From an uncultured delta proteobacterium (GTDB taxonomy: Bacteria > Myxococcota_A > Polyangia > Fen-1088), in assembly GCA_963767925.1 (NCBI GenBank), contig CAVYGB010000008.1, positions 2,176,001 through 2,240,000 of the forward strand: DNA of 64,000 nucleotides, in the 5' to 3' direction. The notes beneath the pieces were generated by a model. That model worked only from the letters and a program-made list of their open reading frames with translations, made no database searches and was not told the origin of the DNA. A program made the position numbers and the translations under genes. Shown here piece after piece: positions 1 to 10,761 of this stretch; position 1 is the stretch's first letter; every line of letters begins with the position of its first letter.

Positions 1-282
1 GCGACCGGCCTTCTCCTCGTCCTTGAGCCCCTCGGCCTGCACGGCGCCCAGGTGCAGGTACACCTGCGCCATGACGGCGTGGGTCTCGAGCCCATTCTCC
101 TTGCCGATGACGATCGCCTCGAGGAGCTGGTCCTTGGCCCGGGTGGCGTCGCCGGCCTGATAGGCCGCCAGGGCCGCGCTGTCGGCGGCCTCGATCTTCT
201 TCACCGCCCGCTCGTCGGCGCGGCCGGTCCCGACCAGCGAGATCGACAACAGAATCCCGGCGAACCATGCACGAACCGTCAT
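1..282 (-). CDS. Secreted TPR-like protein, 5' part (runs off the window edge)
   Basis: Hand translation MTVRAWFAGILLSISLVGTGRADERAVKKIE...AQVYLHLGAV; signal-peptide-like N-terminus; GGAGG upstream of the ATG; not in the ORF track because it is truncated. Confidence 0.7.
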   Translation of the reverse strand, partial: MTVRAWFAGILLSISLVGTGRADERAVKKIEAADSAALAAYQAGDATRAKDQLLEAIVIGKENGLETHAVMAQVYLHLGAVQAEGLKDEEKAGR

Positions 283-418
283 CAGCGCCTCCGTCAGGGT
301 TTCCTGTGGGTGAAGGTTTCAGAGGTATATCCCGGGCTCCCGCCAGGCGATAGGGGGCCAACCCTGCGTTTCGCGCCGCCTCCGGCGCGTCCGCGGATGG
401 TAAGCTGTTCCGTCACAC

Positions 419-1837
419 ATGGTCAGGCGGGCGGTCGCGATCCGGGCTCGGTCCTTGCTGCGCCCCTGGCACGTGCTGGCGCTGCCGCTGCTCGTCGGGG
501 GCTTGCTTTCCTGCGACGAGCCGTGCTGCTCGATCGACAGCCGGCCCATCCCCCTCGAGAAGGGACCGGCCGGCGAGCTGCTGGTCCGGGTGGCCGGGCC
601 GGGGGGACCCGATCGAGCCGCCTTCGACACGGGCACCCCGATCACGATCTGGCGCGCGGACGATCCCCTCGCGCCCGGACGGGTGCAGCGGCGTGACCTC
701 GTGCTGCTGGGTCCGCCCGCCGCCCTGCAACCGGCGCCGACCCGGGCCCTGCTGCGCGGCGTGCTCACCATCGAGGCGCCCCTGGGGCCCCTCGGCACCG
801 AGGCCAGCCCGATCACGCCGCTCGCCATCTTCGGCGGCGACCTCCTGAGCATGTTCTCGGTCGAGCTGGCCTTTGCCGCGCCGGCCGTCACCTTCTGGCG
901 CTATCAACCGACCGGAGACGGGTTCCTGGCGGCGGCGGGCTACGCCGTCTTGCACCTACCCCGCCGGGGCGGTGGCCAGCTCGACGCCCTCGATCCACCC
1001 GACCGCCTGGGCCAGCGGGCACCCCATCGCTTCCCCTCGAGCCGCCTGCTGGTGCGGGCCTGCGCCGCCCCCGCTCGCTTCGCGCCGGAGGATCCGCTTC
1101 CCCTGCGCTGCTGCGCCGCCGACGAGGGGCGCCTCAGCTCGGGCGCCGACCTGTCGCTGGTGCTGGCCACCGGCCTCGGTCCGGTCGTGCTCGGGCGCTC
1201 GGCCTGGCAACGGGTGCTCGCCCGCTTGCCGATCGAGATCGAGCCCCTGCTGGTGGAGCGACCGCTCTACGTGGCCAACTCGGCCCGGCCGATGCCCGCC
1301 TCCTGGACGCGCTTGCCCGGCCTGGCCCTGGTCGACCGGGAGGCGGAGCTGGCCGACGATCCCGGCCCCTGCGCCGAGCTGGCGCGCGCGCGACGCCTGG
1401 AGCAGGTCGCCTTCCGCCAGCGCCTCTCCGAGGAGCGAGCGGCCTGCGCTCTGCCCTGCGACCTCGATCCCCGCGACCCCACCCGGGCCCAGAACAGCGC
1501 CGCCTACCTCGAGCTGGCCGCCGAGGTCGACGTCGCCATCGTGGACGATACGAACTTCCTCCTGCACGCTGCCCGCACCGAGGTCCGGCCGGCCGGCCCG
1601 GAGATCGACGGCTTCCTCGGCGCCGCCGCGCTGGCGCAGGCCCGCGTGGAGCTCGACTACGTCTCTCCCCAGCCGCGCGGCATCTTCTCCTGCGAGCCGG
1701 GCGCGCCACCCGCGCAGTGCCGCGCGGTCGCCCGCTGTCCGCGCCTGCCCGGAGCGGGCCAGCGCCGCGCTTGTTTCGGGCTGCCCGCACACGGATTGCC
1801 CAACCTGTGCGAAAATGCCAGTACGTGCGCAGACTGA
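419..1837 (+). CDS. Lipoprotein with aspartyl-protease-like fold, Cys-rich
   Basis: Lipobox-like GGLLSC; AFDTGT motif; IFGGDLL and DGFLG psi-loop-like motifs; second site reads LATG. Confidence 0.6.
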   Translation: MVRRAVAIRARSLLRPWHVLALPLLVGGLLSCDEPCCSIDSRPIPLEKGPAGELLVRVAGPGGPDRAAFDTGTPITIWRADDPLAPGRVQRRDLVLLGPPAALQPAPTRALLRGVLTIEAPLGPLGTEASPITPLAIFGGDLLSMFSVELAFAAPAVTFWRYQPTGDGFLAAAGYAVLHLPRRGGGQLDALDPPDRLGQRAPHRFPSSRLLVRACAAPARFAPEDPLPLRCCAADEGRLSSGADLSLVLATGLGPVVLGRSAWQRVLARLPIEIEPLLVERPLYVANSARPMPASWTRLPGLALVDREAELADDPGPCAELARARRLEQVAFRQRLSEERAACALPCDLDPRDPTRAQNSAAYLELAAEVDVAIVDDTNFLLHAARTEVRPAGPEIDGFLGAAALAQARVELDYVSPQPRGIFSCEPGAPPAQCRAVARCPRLPGAGQRRACFGLPAHGLPNLCENASTCAD

Positions 1838-2679
1838 TAGCTCTCGTGGGAGCGTTTCTGGTGGCCGGCCCGTGCGGGCCTGAGGCAGCGGCCCAGAGCT
1901 CAGCCCCCCCGGCGGGGTCCGAAGCGGCGGCCGCGGGCGCCGCCCCGCCGCCAGCCGGCCCGACCGGAGCGGCCACCCTCTCCGCCCGCAGCGCCCGGCC
2001 CCGCATGGCCCTCGCGGAGTTCGCCCTGGAGGGCGACGGCCAGTCGCCGGGGATGGCGATGCAGCTCCGCGACGGCTTCCTGATCGGTCTGGTCCGCGAG
2101 GGAATCGACGTCATCGATTCGACCGACGTCGCCAAGCAGCTCGCCGGGTCCCCCGAGCTCAAGGGATGTGAGACCTCCCCCTGCCTCAAGCGGCTGGGGG
2201 AGATGCTCTCGGTCCGCTACGTGCTGCGGGTGAAGATCTCCCTGTCGGGCAACAGCTACCGGATGAGCGCCCGGATGTTCTCCACCGAGGGCGCGGCCCC
2301 CGCCGCCTTGCCGGTCGCGGTGCTGTTCCGGCCTTGCGACGTCTGCACGGTCAACGAGGCGCGTGAGCACATGATCCGCCTCGCCGAGGGGATCCGGTCA
2401 GGGCTCGACGAGCAGAACGCGCCCGCCCCGACACCGCCCCCCCCTCCCCCGCCGCCTCCCCGATCGCAGACGCCCGCCTTCGTCACCATCGCCGCCGGGC
2501 TGGCCGCCATCGTGGGCGGCGCCTTGCTGATCGCGTCCAGCCCCGAGGTCGGGCGGCGCCGCCCGGCGATCGGCGGCGCGGTGGTGGGGCTGGGGCTGGC
2601 CGCCTCGTTGATCGGCGCCCGCGCCACCTTCGAGCTCCGCTCGGCGTCGGCCGCCCCGCGGCGCCCGCCCGAACCGTGA
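1825..2679 (+). CDS. Hypothetical exported/membrane protein
   Basis: GTG start overlapping the upstream gene; signal peptide; CETSPC and CDVC motifs; Pro linker; two C-terminal hydrophobic segments. Confidence 0.65.
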   Translation: MRRLIALVGAFLVAGPCGPEAAAQSSAPPAGSEAAAAGAAPPPAGPTGAATLSARSARPRMALAEFALEGDGQSPGMAMQLRDGFLIGLVREGIDVIDSTDVAKQLAGSPELKGCETSPCLKRLGEMLSVRYVLRVKISLSGNSYRMSARMFSTEGAAPAALPVAVLFRPCDVCTVNEAREHMIRLAEGIRSGLDEQNAPAPTPPPPPPPPPRSQTPAFVTIAAGLAAIVGGALLIASSPEVGRRRPAIGGAVVGLGLAASLIGARATFELRSASAAPRRPPEP

Positions 2680-2874
2680 GGTCACCGCCCTCGGCGCGGG
2701 GTCGCAGGGCAACCTACGTTGTCGCCATCGGTCGCCGGCAGTCGCAGACACCCGCCGATGCGCCCAGGTTCACCTCGATGTGGGAGACAGGTGGCGTCGC
2801 AGGCGCGTACTTGACGGACCTGGGGCCCGCCGCGAAAGCTTGAAGAGGAGGCACGGGTTCGCCGCCTCTGCATC

Positions 2875-4506
<1,632 letters not shown>

Positions 4507-4515
4507 GCTCGCCGC

Positions 4516-5388
4516 ATGCGCGCGACCATGGCTTGCGCCGCCGGCCTGCTGCTCCTCCTGGAAGCGGCGGAGACGCAGGCGCAGACGGAGACCTGTCCCA
4601 CCGACATCCCCGCCGCCTCCCAGGAGCGGCGGGCCCGGGCCAAGGAGTGGTTCGGCCGCGCCGAAGCGGCCGAGAGCGCCGGCGAGCCGATCGCCGCGGT
4701 CAAGGCCTACCAGTGCTCGCTGCGGATGGTGCCGCACGCCTTCACCGCCTTCAACCTGGCCCGACTGGCGGAGAAGACCGGGGATCTCGAGCTGGCGGCG
4801 GAGTCGTACGACGCCTATCTCAAGCTCGCGCCCGAAGCGCCCGATCGAGCGGTGGTCAGCGGCAAGATCAAGATCCTCTCGGATCGGATCGCGGAGCTGC
4901 GCCGCAGCCAGGTGCCCGACCCTCCGCCACCCGATCCCCTCCCCGCCGAGGGCACGCCTCCCGTCGGGCAAGGGCCCACGGTCACCTCCGAGCCGCCGAC
5001 CGACCTGCCCTTGCCCCCGCCGAGCCCGCCCGACACCGAATCGCCGCCTGGGCTGGCCGAGACGCGCCGGCCGCATCCAGCGGTCTACGTGCTCGGCGGC
5101 GTGGCGGTGGGCGCGCTCACCGGCGGTGTCATGCTGAACCTCGGGGCCCGCACCAAGATGGACGAGTGCCGGCGCCTGGCACGCGAGGGCCAGAGCCAGG
5201 CCGCGGGGACCGCCTGCGATGCGGCCAGGCCCCGGGCTTACGCCTCGTACATCCTGCTGGGCGTGGCGGGGGCGACCGCCGTCGCCGATGCCATCTTGCT
5301 GCTCATGAGCACGCGCCCGTCAGAGAACCGGATCACCCTGGTGCCGCTTCCGGACGGCGCCACCTTCCTGGCCCGCCTCAAGTTCTGA
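4516..5388 (+). CDS. TPR-containing exported protein with C-terminal hydrophobic segments
   Basis: Signal peptide; TPR-like AFNLARLAEKTGDLELAAESYDAYLKLAP; Pro-rich linker; ends FLARLKF. Confidence 0.8.
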   Translation: MRATMACAAGLLLLLEAAETQAQTETCPTDIPAASQERRARAKEWFGRAEAAESAGEPIAAVKAYQCSLRMVPHAFTAFNLARLAEKTGDLELAAESYDAYLKLAPEAPDRAVVSGKIKILSDRIAELRRSQVPDPPPPDPLPAEGTPPVGQGPTVTSEPPTDLPLPPPSPPDTESPPGLAETRRPHPAVYVLGGVAVGALTGGVMLNLGARTKMDECRRLAREGQSQAAGTACDAARPRAYASYILLGVAGATAVADAILLLMSTRPSENRITLVPLPDGATFLARLKF

Positions 5389-5419
5389 GCCCGCGAGCGC
5401 CCTCGCGCCTCCGCGGCAC

Positions 5420-6409
5420 TCAGGGAGCCGCCGCGGCGGGCTCGCCGCGAGATCGCAAGGCGGCGGCAAGGACGGCGAGGCGCTGCGAGACCTGCTCGCG
5501 TTCCTCCGGGGAGATCGCCAGCTCGACGACGACGCTCGCGCCGAGAGCCTGGACCTGGGCCCGCTCGAGCACCGATCCCAGGCCCAGGGCCCGGACCGAC
5601 CGGCGCGCGCTGAGCGCCTCGAGCAACTGGGCAAGCTTCATCGCCAGGGCGGCGGCTTCCCCGTCCGCCCGCGTACGCGCCACCGCGATCGCGCGCGCCT
5701 CCGCGGCCAGGGTGAGGCGGGCCGCGATCCAATCGACGCCCTCGGCGTCGCCCACCAGGGCGGTCAGCTCGGCCCGGGTGCTGTCGTCCAGGCGCAACCA
5801 GAGCTCGACCGCGGCCCGGGGGCGGTCCCCGGCGGCTCCCCGGCGGGTGGTCTCCTCGAGCGCGGCCACCGCCTGGGCCAGCCAGGGCTCGGCCTTCGGC
5901 GCGCCGGTGCCCGCCGGCTCGGCCGCCCGCACGGCGGCCTGCACCGCCCAGATCGGCCCCAGCGCCACCGTGCCGCCCAGCGGGAAGGTGACCGCCGCCT
6001 CGGCGTCGGCCAGACCGGCGGCCCGGCCGAAGCGGCGCTCCTGGGCCGAGGGGTGGCGGTCGCGGAAGGAGGCCTCCACCCGCCCGCGATCGAAGCGCCC
6101 CCGCCCCAGCTCGAGCGTGCCGGTGCCGCTGCCCGCGGTCCGCACGTTCGCCAGCAGCCAGCGGTCGACGTCGCCGATCTCGTCGAAGCCCCGGCGCGCG
6201 CGGCCCTCAAGGGGCGCCGCCGTCTCGAGGACCGGCTGGGCCCAGGGCGACCCCCGGAGCTGGGCCACGTCGACCGCCAGCAGCGACTGCAGCGGCCCGG
6301 GCACCAGCGCCATCAGCTCGTCGCGCGGCGTCGCCACCTCCACCGGACGCGGCGGCAGCGGCGCGCAGGCCCCCGCGATCAGCAGGGGCAACAGCGGCCC
6401 GACCCTCAC
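5420..6409 (-). CDS. Hypothetical lipoprotein
   Basis: Lipobox LIAGAC; 4-bp overlap with the prephenate dehydrogenase gene. Confidence 0.7.
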   Translation of the reverse strand: MRVGPLLPLLIAGACAPLPPRPVEVATPRDELMALVPGPLQSLLAVDVAQLRGSPWAQPVLETAAPLEGRARRGFDEIGDVDRWLLANVRTAGSGTGTLELGRGRFDRGRVEASFRDRHPSAQERRFGRAAGLADAEAAVTFPLGGTVALGPIWAVQAAVRAAEPAGTGAPKAEPWLAQAVAALEETTRRGAAGDRPRAAVELWLRLDDSTRAELTALVGDAEGVDWIAARLTLAAEARAIAVARTRADGEAAALAMKLAQLLEALSARRSVRALGLGSVLERAQVQALGASVVVELAISPEEREQVSQRLAVLAAALRSRGEPAAAAP

Positions 6410-7296
6410 GGGAAGACCTTGCGGCGCGTGGCCTGACCCTGCGCGAGCAGGGCATGCAGGGCATCGGCGTCATCCCGTTCGAGCGCCGAGCGCAGCTCGC
6501 CCACGCAGGCCTCGAGCTGCTTGACCAGGGGGAGCAGGTGGCGGCGGTTCTCGAGCAGGATGTCCCGCCAGACCATCGGGTTGGAGGCGGCCACCCGGGT
6601 GGAGTCGCGCAGGCTGGTCGGGGGATAGGCGGCCGGCCCGCGCGAGACGAGCAGGTCGGCCTTCTCCTGCAGGCTCGCGGCGAGGGCAAAGGCACCGACG
6701 TGAGGCAGGTGGCTCCCCGCCGCCATGATCACGTCGTGTTCCTCCGCGCCGAGGGTCAACACCCGCGAGCCGAGCGCCTCCCAGAACCGCCGCGCCCGGG
6801 CGACGGTCGCGGGCGCCGCCCCCGGACCCGGGCAGAGAAAACAGGTCTTGCCCTGGTACAGCGTCTCGTCGGCGGCGCCGGGGCCCGAGGCCTCGGTCCC
6901 CGTGAGCGGATGGCAACCGACGAACCGTCCGGCCAGCACGGTCGCCTCGATGGCCGACACAACCGGCGCCTTGACGCTGCCGATGTCGATGACGAGCGCG
7001 TCGGGCGCCACCTCGCTGGCGACCGCGGCGGCGAGCGGCGCCAGGCTGCGCACGGGGCCGGCCAGCACCACCACCTGCGCGCCCCGGACCGCGTCGCTCG
7101 CCCGCGACGCCACCTCGTCGACGATGCCGCGCCGGCGGGCCACCGCCGCCGCCTCGCTGCTCACCTCGTACCCGACCACCCGCAGGCCGGGGAGCGCCCG
7201 CCGGGCCGCCAGGGCCAGCGAGCCACCCATGTACCCCACCCCGAGCAGGGCGAGCGGCGACCAGCTCTCGGCGCGATCGGAGGGCGGGGCGGTCAC
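6406..7296 (-). CDS. tyrA: Prephenate/arogenate dehydrogenase
   Basis: GVGYMGGS Rossmann motif; DIGSVK; HPLTGTE; HD...SHLPH; RVAASNPMVWRDI. Confidence 0.92.
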   Translation of the reverse strand: MTAPPSDRAESWSPLALLGVGYMGGSLALAARRALPGLRVVGYEVSSEAAAVARRRGIVDEVASRASDAVRGAQVVVLAGPVRSLAPLAAAVASEVAPDALVIDIGSVKAPVVSAIEATVLAGRFVGCHPLTGTEASGPGAADETLYQGKTCFLCPGPGAAPATVARARRFWEALGSRVLTLGAEEHDVIMAAGSHLPHVGAFALAASLQEKADLLVSRGPAAYPPTSLRDSTRVAASNPMVWRDILLENRRHLLPLVKQLEACVGELRSALERDDADALHALLAQGQATRRKVFP

Positions 7297-7307
7297 GTCG
7301 GGCGCTC

Positions 7308-8027
7308 TCAGGTCGCTTCCCCGAGGAGCGCCTCGAGGCGGGCCTTGTCGAAGCCGATCAGCAGGCGGCCGCGCACGTCGAGGATGGGGACGCGATCGGC
7401 CGGGACGCCAAGGCGGCCAGCCTTCTCACGCAGCTCGCGCGCCGCCGCCGGGTCCCGCTCGATGTCCTTGTCGGCGAAAGGAATGCGCCGTTCCCGGAGG
7501 TAGCTGCGGGCGGATTTGCAGGCGCCACACCAGGACGTACCGTAGAGCGTCACCACGGCGGTGCCGCTGGCGGGAGCGGGAGCGGGCGAACCGGCACCCG
7601 GCGGGGCCGCTGGCGCGGGTGTCCCCGGCGGGGGCAGGACCGACGACGCGCCCGGGGCGAGCTGGGCCAGGGCGCCGGTCTCGAACGCCTGCCGGGACAT
7701 CCCCTTGGCCGCGACCTTTTCTTCGCGGCTCAGCCGGTCCAGGTCCAGCACGTAGACGGTGACACCGTCGCGCCGTTCGTGCGCGGCGCGCGACGGATCC
7801 ACAACCCGCACCAGGCGGCGCGAGCCGGCAGGCACCGCGCTGGCGTCGTCGGTGGTCACGAACCGGCCCGCTTCGTCGGCAAAGGTGAACAGCCACTTGC
7901 CCTGCCGATCGACCTGCAGCTCCGGCAGCGTCCGCTCCTGCACCGGAGGAACCTCCGGAGTCGGCTTCCGGCAGCCACCCAGCGCGGCGGCGAGGAGCAC
8001 GAGGACCAGGGCCCGATCGAGTCGCAT
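7308..8027 (-). CDS. Lipoprotein with C-terminal glutaredoxin (NrdH-like) domain
   Basis: Lipobox ALGGC; LYGTSWCGAC (CxxC) and VP...IGFD glutaredoxin motifs. Confidence 0.85.
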   Translation of the reverse strand: MRLDRALVLVLLAAALGGCRKPTPEVPPVQERTLPELQVDRQGKWLFTFADEAGRFVTTDDASAVPAGSRRLVRVVDPSRAAHERRDGVTVYVLDLDRLSREEKVAAKGMSRQAFETGALAQLAPGASSVLPPPGTPAPAAPPGAGSPAPAPASGTAVVTLYGTSWCGACKSARSYLRERRIPFADKDIERDPAAARELREKAGRLGVPADRVPILDVRGRLLIGFDKARLEALLGEAT

Positions 8028-8047
8028 GCCGGCCATCTTAGCGCGCG

Positions 8048-8638
8048 TCACGGTGCGCGGCGCTGCCGGCGGCTCTCGTCGATCGGTTTGGCCCGGGGCT
8101 GCGAGAGCTTCCGCACCGCCTGGTCGACGGCCAGCTTGACCGCCTGCACCAGAGCGTCTTTCGTCAACGCCGCCGTCTCCTCGGGCAGGCGGCGCTCGAT
8201 CACCTCCGCCTCGACGGTGGCCTCCCCGTCACCCCCGAAGGCCAGCTTCGCCTCGGGGATGGTGGCGCCGAACACCGAGAGCTTGACCCCCACCGCGAGC
8301 TGCTTGAGCCGGCCGCCGGGCCGGGGCGGCTTGGGCTCGGTCCGGAGGTCCTCGAGCTTCATCGAGACGTTGAATCCTTGCAGCTTGCGACGCTTGAGCT
8401 CCGCAACCAGCGCGGGCTCGTCGGACACCTCGCCCACGTCGGAGGTGAACTCCTTGCGCCGGGCGAGCTCCTGATGCAGGACCGCCTTCGCCACCTCGAG
8501 CGTGGCCGCATCCGTCTGCGCGGCTGCGTTGACGTCGCGCACGTGAAAGTAATACCTCGGCCTGGGCGCGGCCAGCGCGGGCGCCGCCAGCGTGCTCAGG
8601 AAGCCGGCGAGCAAGGCCAGCGCGACCCCGATTCTCAT
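8048..8638 (-). CDS. Hypothetical secreted protein
   Basis: MRIGVALALLAGFLSTLAAPALA signal peptide; GC3-rich codons; start trimmed from ORF 8048..9010. Confidence 0.7.
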   Translation of the reverse strand: MRIGVALALLAGFLSTLAAPALAAPRPRYYFHVRDVNAAAQTDAATLEVAKAVLHQELARRKEFTSDVGEVSDEPALVAELKRRKLQGFNVSMKLEDLRTEPKPPRPGGRLKQLAVGVKLSVFGATIPEAKLAFGGDGEATVEAEVIERRLPEETAALTKDALVQAVKLAVDQAVRKLSQPRAKPIDESRRQRRAP

Positions 8639-8668
8639 GCGTGGCAGATTGTATACTCCGGCCGCCCC

Positions 8669-8869
8669 ATGGCCGCCCAGATCGCTCCCGCCCCACCTCC
8701 GCCTCGAAGAGATCGCACCACCCTGGTGGTCCGGCTCGGTCTCCTCGCTCTGTTCTTGCTGGGCGTGTTGACGGTCTTCGGCGAGTCGCTCGTCGCGGCC
8801 GTGTTCCCGCCGGGCGAACCGGCCACCACGAACGCCCCCGCCACCGTCGGAACAGAGCCCGGTCGCTGA
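8669..8869 (+). CDS. Small single-pass membrane protein
   Basis: 66 aa with hydrophobic LVVRLGLLALFLLGVLTVFG; fills the intergenic gap. Confidence 0.45.
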   Translation: MAAQIAPAPPPPRRDRTTLVVRLGLLALFLLGVLTVFGESLVAAVFPPGEPATTNAPATVGTEPGR

Positions 8870-8963
8870 GGGCGAACCCGATCGCGCGCAAGGTGCTCGC
8901 GCACCCCTCGATCCGTCGAGCGCCGACGGGAAATGGAGGGTCAAGGCGCGATTCTCAATTGAC

Positions 8964-8992
8964 TTGACCGGGCTGATCGCCCGGCTTAGCGT
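8964..8992 (+). promoter_or_regulatory. Sigma70-like promoter for the FHA gene
   Basis: TTGACC-17 bp-TAGCGT, 8 nt before ATG 9001. Confidence 0.5.
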
Positions 8993-9000
8993 CAAATTCC

Positions 9001-10746
9001 ATGGTGACATTGGTCCTCACCGAAAAGGGCGGCGAGACGAAGCAATTGAGCTTCGACAAGGACGAGGTAACGATTGGACGGGTCCAGGGCAACGATTTAG
9101 TTCTCCCGAAGGGAAATGTATCGAAGCGGCACTGCCGGATCATGGTCCAAGGTAGTCGCTTCTCCGTCGAGGACCTGAAGAGCACCAACGGCACCTACAT
9201 CAACGGCCGCAAGATCGGCGAGCCCACCGGGATCACCGGCGCCGACAAGATCTACGTGGGGGACTTCGTTTTGAAGGTGGAGAACGCCGAGATGGACGGC
9301 GGCGGCGTCAGCATCGCGGAGGCCGGTGCGCTCAGCACCGCCATCCCCCGCCGCCCCCCCCCGCCCCCCGCCCCCGGGCGCCAGACGGCCACCATGCGGG
9401 CGATGGACGAGGAGGCCCTGGCGGAGATCCAGGCCCGGGCCAGCGCGCGCGCCAACCTCCCCCCGCCCCCGCCGCTGGGCCGCCGGGACAGCCCGGTGTC
9501 ACTGCCTTCGCTCGGCGACGACCTCGGCGAAGACAACGACCTGGCCCCGCCGCCTCCCTCGGAGGTCGACCTCGACGAGGAGGCGCTGTCGCCGCGCCCC
9601 CGGCTGCCGGTCCCTCCGCTGAAGTCGCCCCGCCCCCTGCTGGGCGACGACGACGACCACCGGGACGAGCTCGGGCTCGAGGAGCCACGACCGCTGCCCC
9701 GGCGGGTGCCCACCCCCAAGCGGGCCCCCTCCCCGGTGCCGAGCTCGCCGGACGGGATCGCCGCCTGGATGCGCGAGCAGCTCGCCGGCGAAGGCGCCTC
9801 GGCGATCTACGTGACCGGCTCGCAGGTCGAGATCGAGCGCAACGGCCGCCGCGATCCCACCGACCTGCCGCCCGGCATCTCCCTCGAGGCGGCGGTGCGC
9901 GCGCTGGCCGCCGGGGGCAGCCCCCGCCCGGCCGCCGACACGCGGGTGGTCAACGTGCTCTTGCCGGAAAATGCCAGGCTGGCTGCGATCTTTCCCCCGG
10001 TCGCGACCGAGCTGTGCGCCACCATCCAGAAGCTCGCCCCCTCGGGCCACACGCTCTCCGACCTGGCCCTGAGCGGGGTGCTGTCCCAGGACGCGCGCGA
10101 GCTGCTCGAGGCCTGCGTGGCCACCCGGCGCAACATCCTGCTGGGCGGCGACGGCCGCGCCCTGCATGCGCTCGTGCAGGCCACGGCCGCCGCCATCCCG
10201 CCCCGGCTGCGGGTGGTCTCGCTGGCCGACGCGGTGACGCCGCCCCCCGAGGCGAACTGGATCAAGCTGAGCACCGAGACCCGCGTCTCGGACATCGTGC
10301 TGGCGGCGGCGTCACTCCGGCCCGACTACCTCGTGGTCGAGGTGACCGCGCCCGCGCTGGCGACGGACGTCCTCACCCAGTGTGTGCTCGGCCAGGAGGG
10401 CACCATCGTCGCGGTGGCCGCGCGCTCGGCCTCCGACGCCGTCCAGCGGCTGGCCGCCCTGGCCGGCCCGGCGCTCGGCGGCACGGCTCAGGCCCGTGAG
10501 CTGGCGGCGGACGCCTTCGACCTCGTGGTCTGCGCCGGGACGCTGGCCGACGGCAGCCTGCGGGTGCTGGAGATCGGCGAGCCCAAGTCCGACGGATTGG
10601 GCCACGTCACGGTGGCGCCGGTGATCGTCTGGGCCTCGGAGAAGGGGCGCGGCGGACAGTTCGAGGTGGCCGGCAAGCTCTCTCGCCTCGCGGGAACCCT
10701 GGGGTCGCGCGGCGTGCAGTTGCCGCGCAGCCTCGGCCGCAAGTAG
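9001..10746 (+). CDS. FHA domain fused to a degenerate CpaF/TadA-like ATPase domain
   Basis: FHA motifs IGRVQGND, VSKRH, STNGTYING; Pro/acidic linker; CpaF-like RLAAIFPPVA and LRPDYLVV, but no Walker A. Confidence 0.85.
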   Translation: MVTLVLTEKGGETKQLSFDKDEVTIGRVQGNDLVLPKGNVSKRHCRIMVQGSRFSVEDLKSTNGTYINGRKIGEPTGITGADKIYVGDFVLKVENAEMDGGGVSIAEAGALSTAIPRRPPPPPAPGRQTATMRAMDEEALAEIQARASARANLPPPPPLGRRDSPVSLPSLGDDLGEDNDLAPPPPSEVDLDEEALSPRPRLPVPPLKSPRPLLGDDDDHRDELGLEEPRPLPRRVPTPKRAPSPVPSSPDGIAAWMREQLAGEGASAIYVTGSQVEIERNGRRDPTDLPPGISLEAAVRALAAGGSPRPAADTRVVNVLLPENARLAAIFPPVATELCATIQKLAPSGHTLSDLALSGVLSQDARELLEACVATRRNILLGGDGRALHALVQATAAAIPPRLRVVSLADAVTPPPEANWIKLSTETRVSDIVLAAASLRPDYLVVEVTAPALATDVLTQCVLGQEGTIVAVAARSASDAVQRLAALAGPALGGTAQARELAADAFDLVVCAGTLADGSLRVLEIGEPKSDGLGHVTVAPVIVWASEKGRGGQFEVAGKLSRLAGTLGSRGVQLPRSLGRK

Positions 10747-10761
10747 CGCTGGCAGGCCAAG

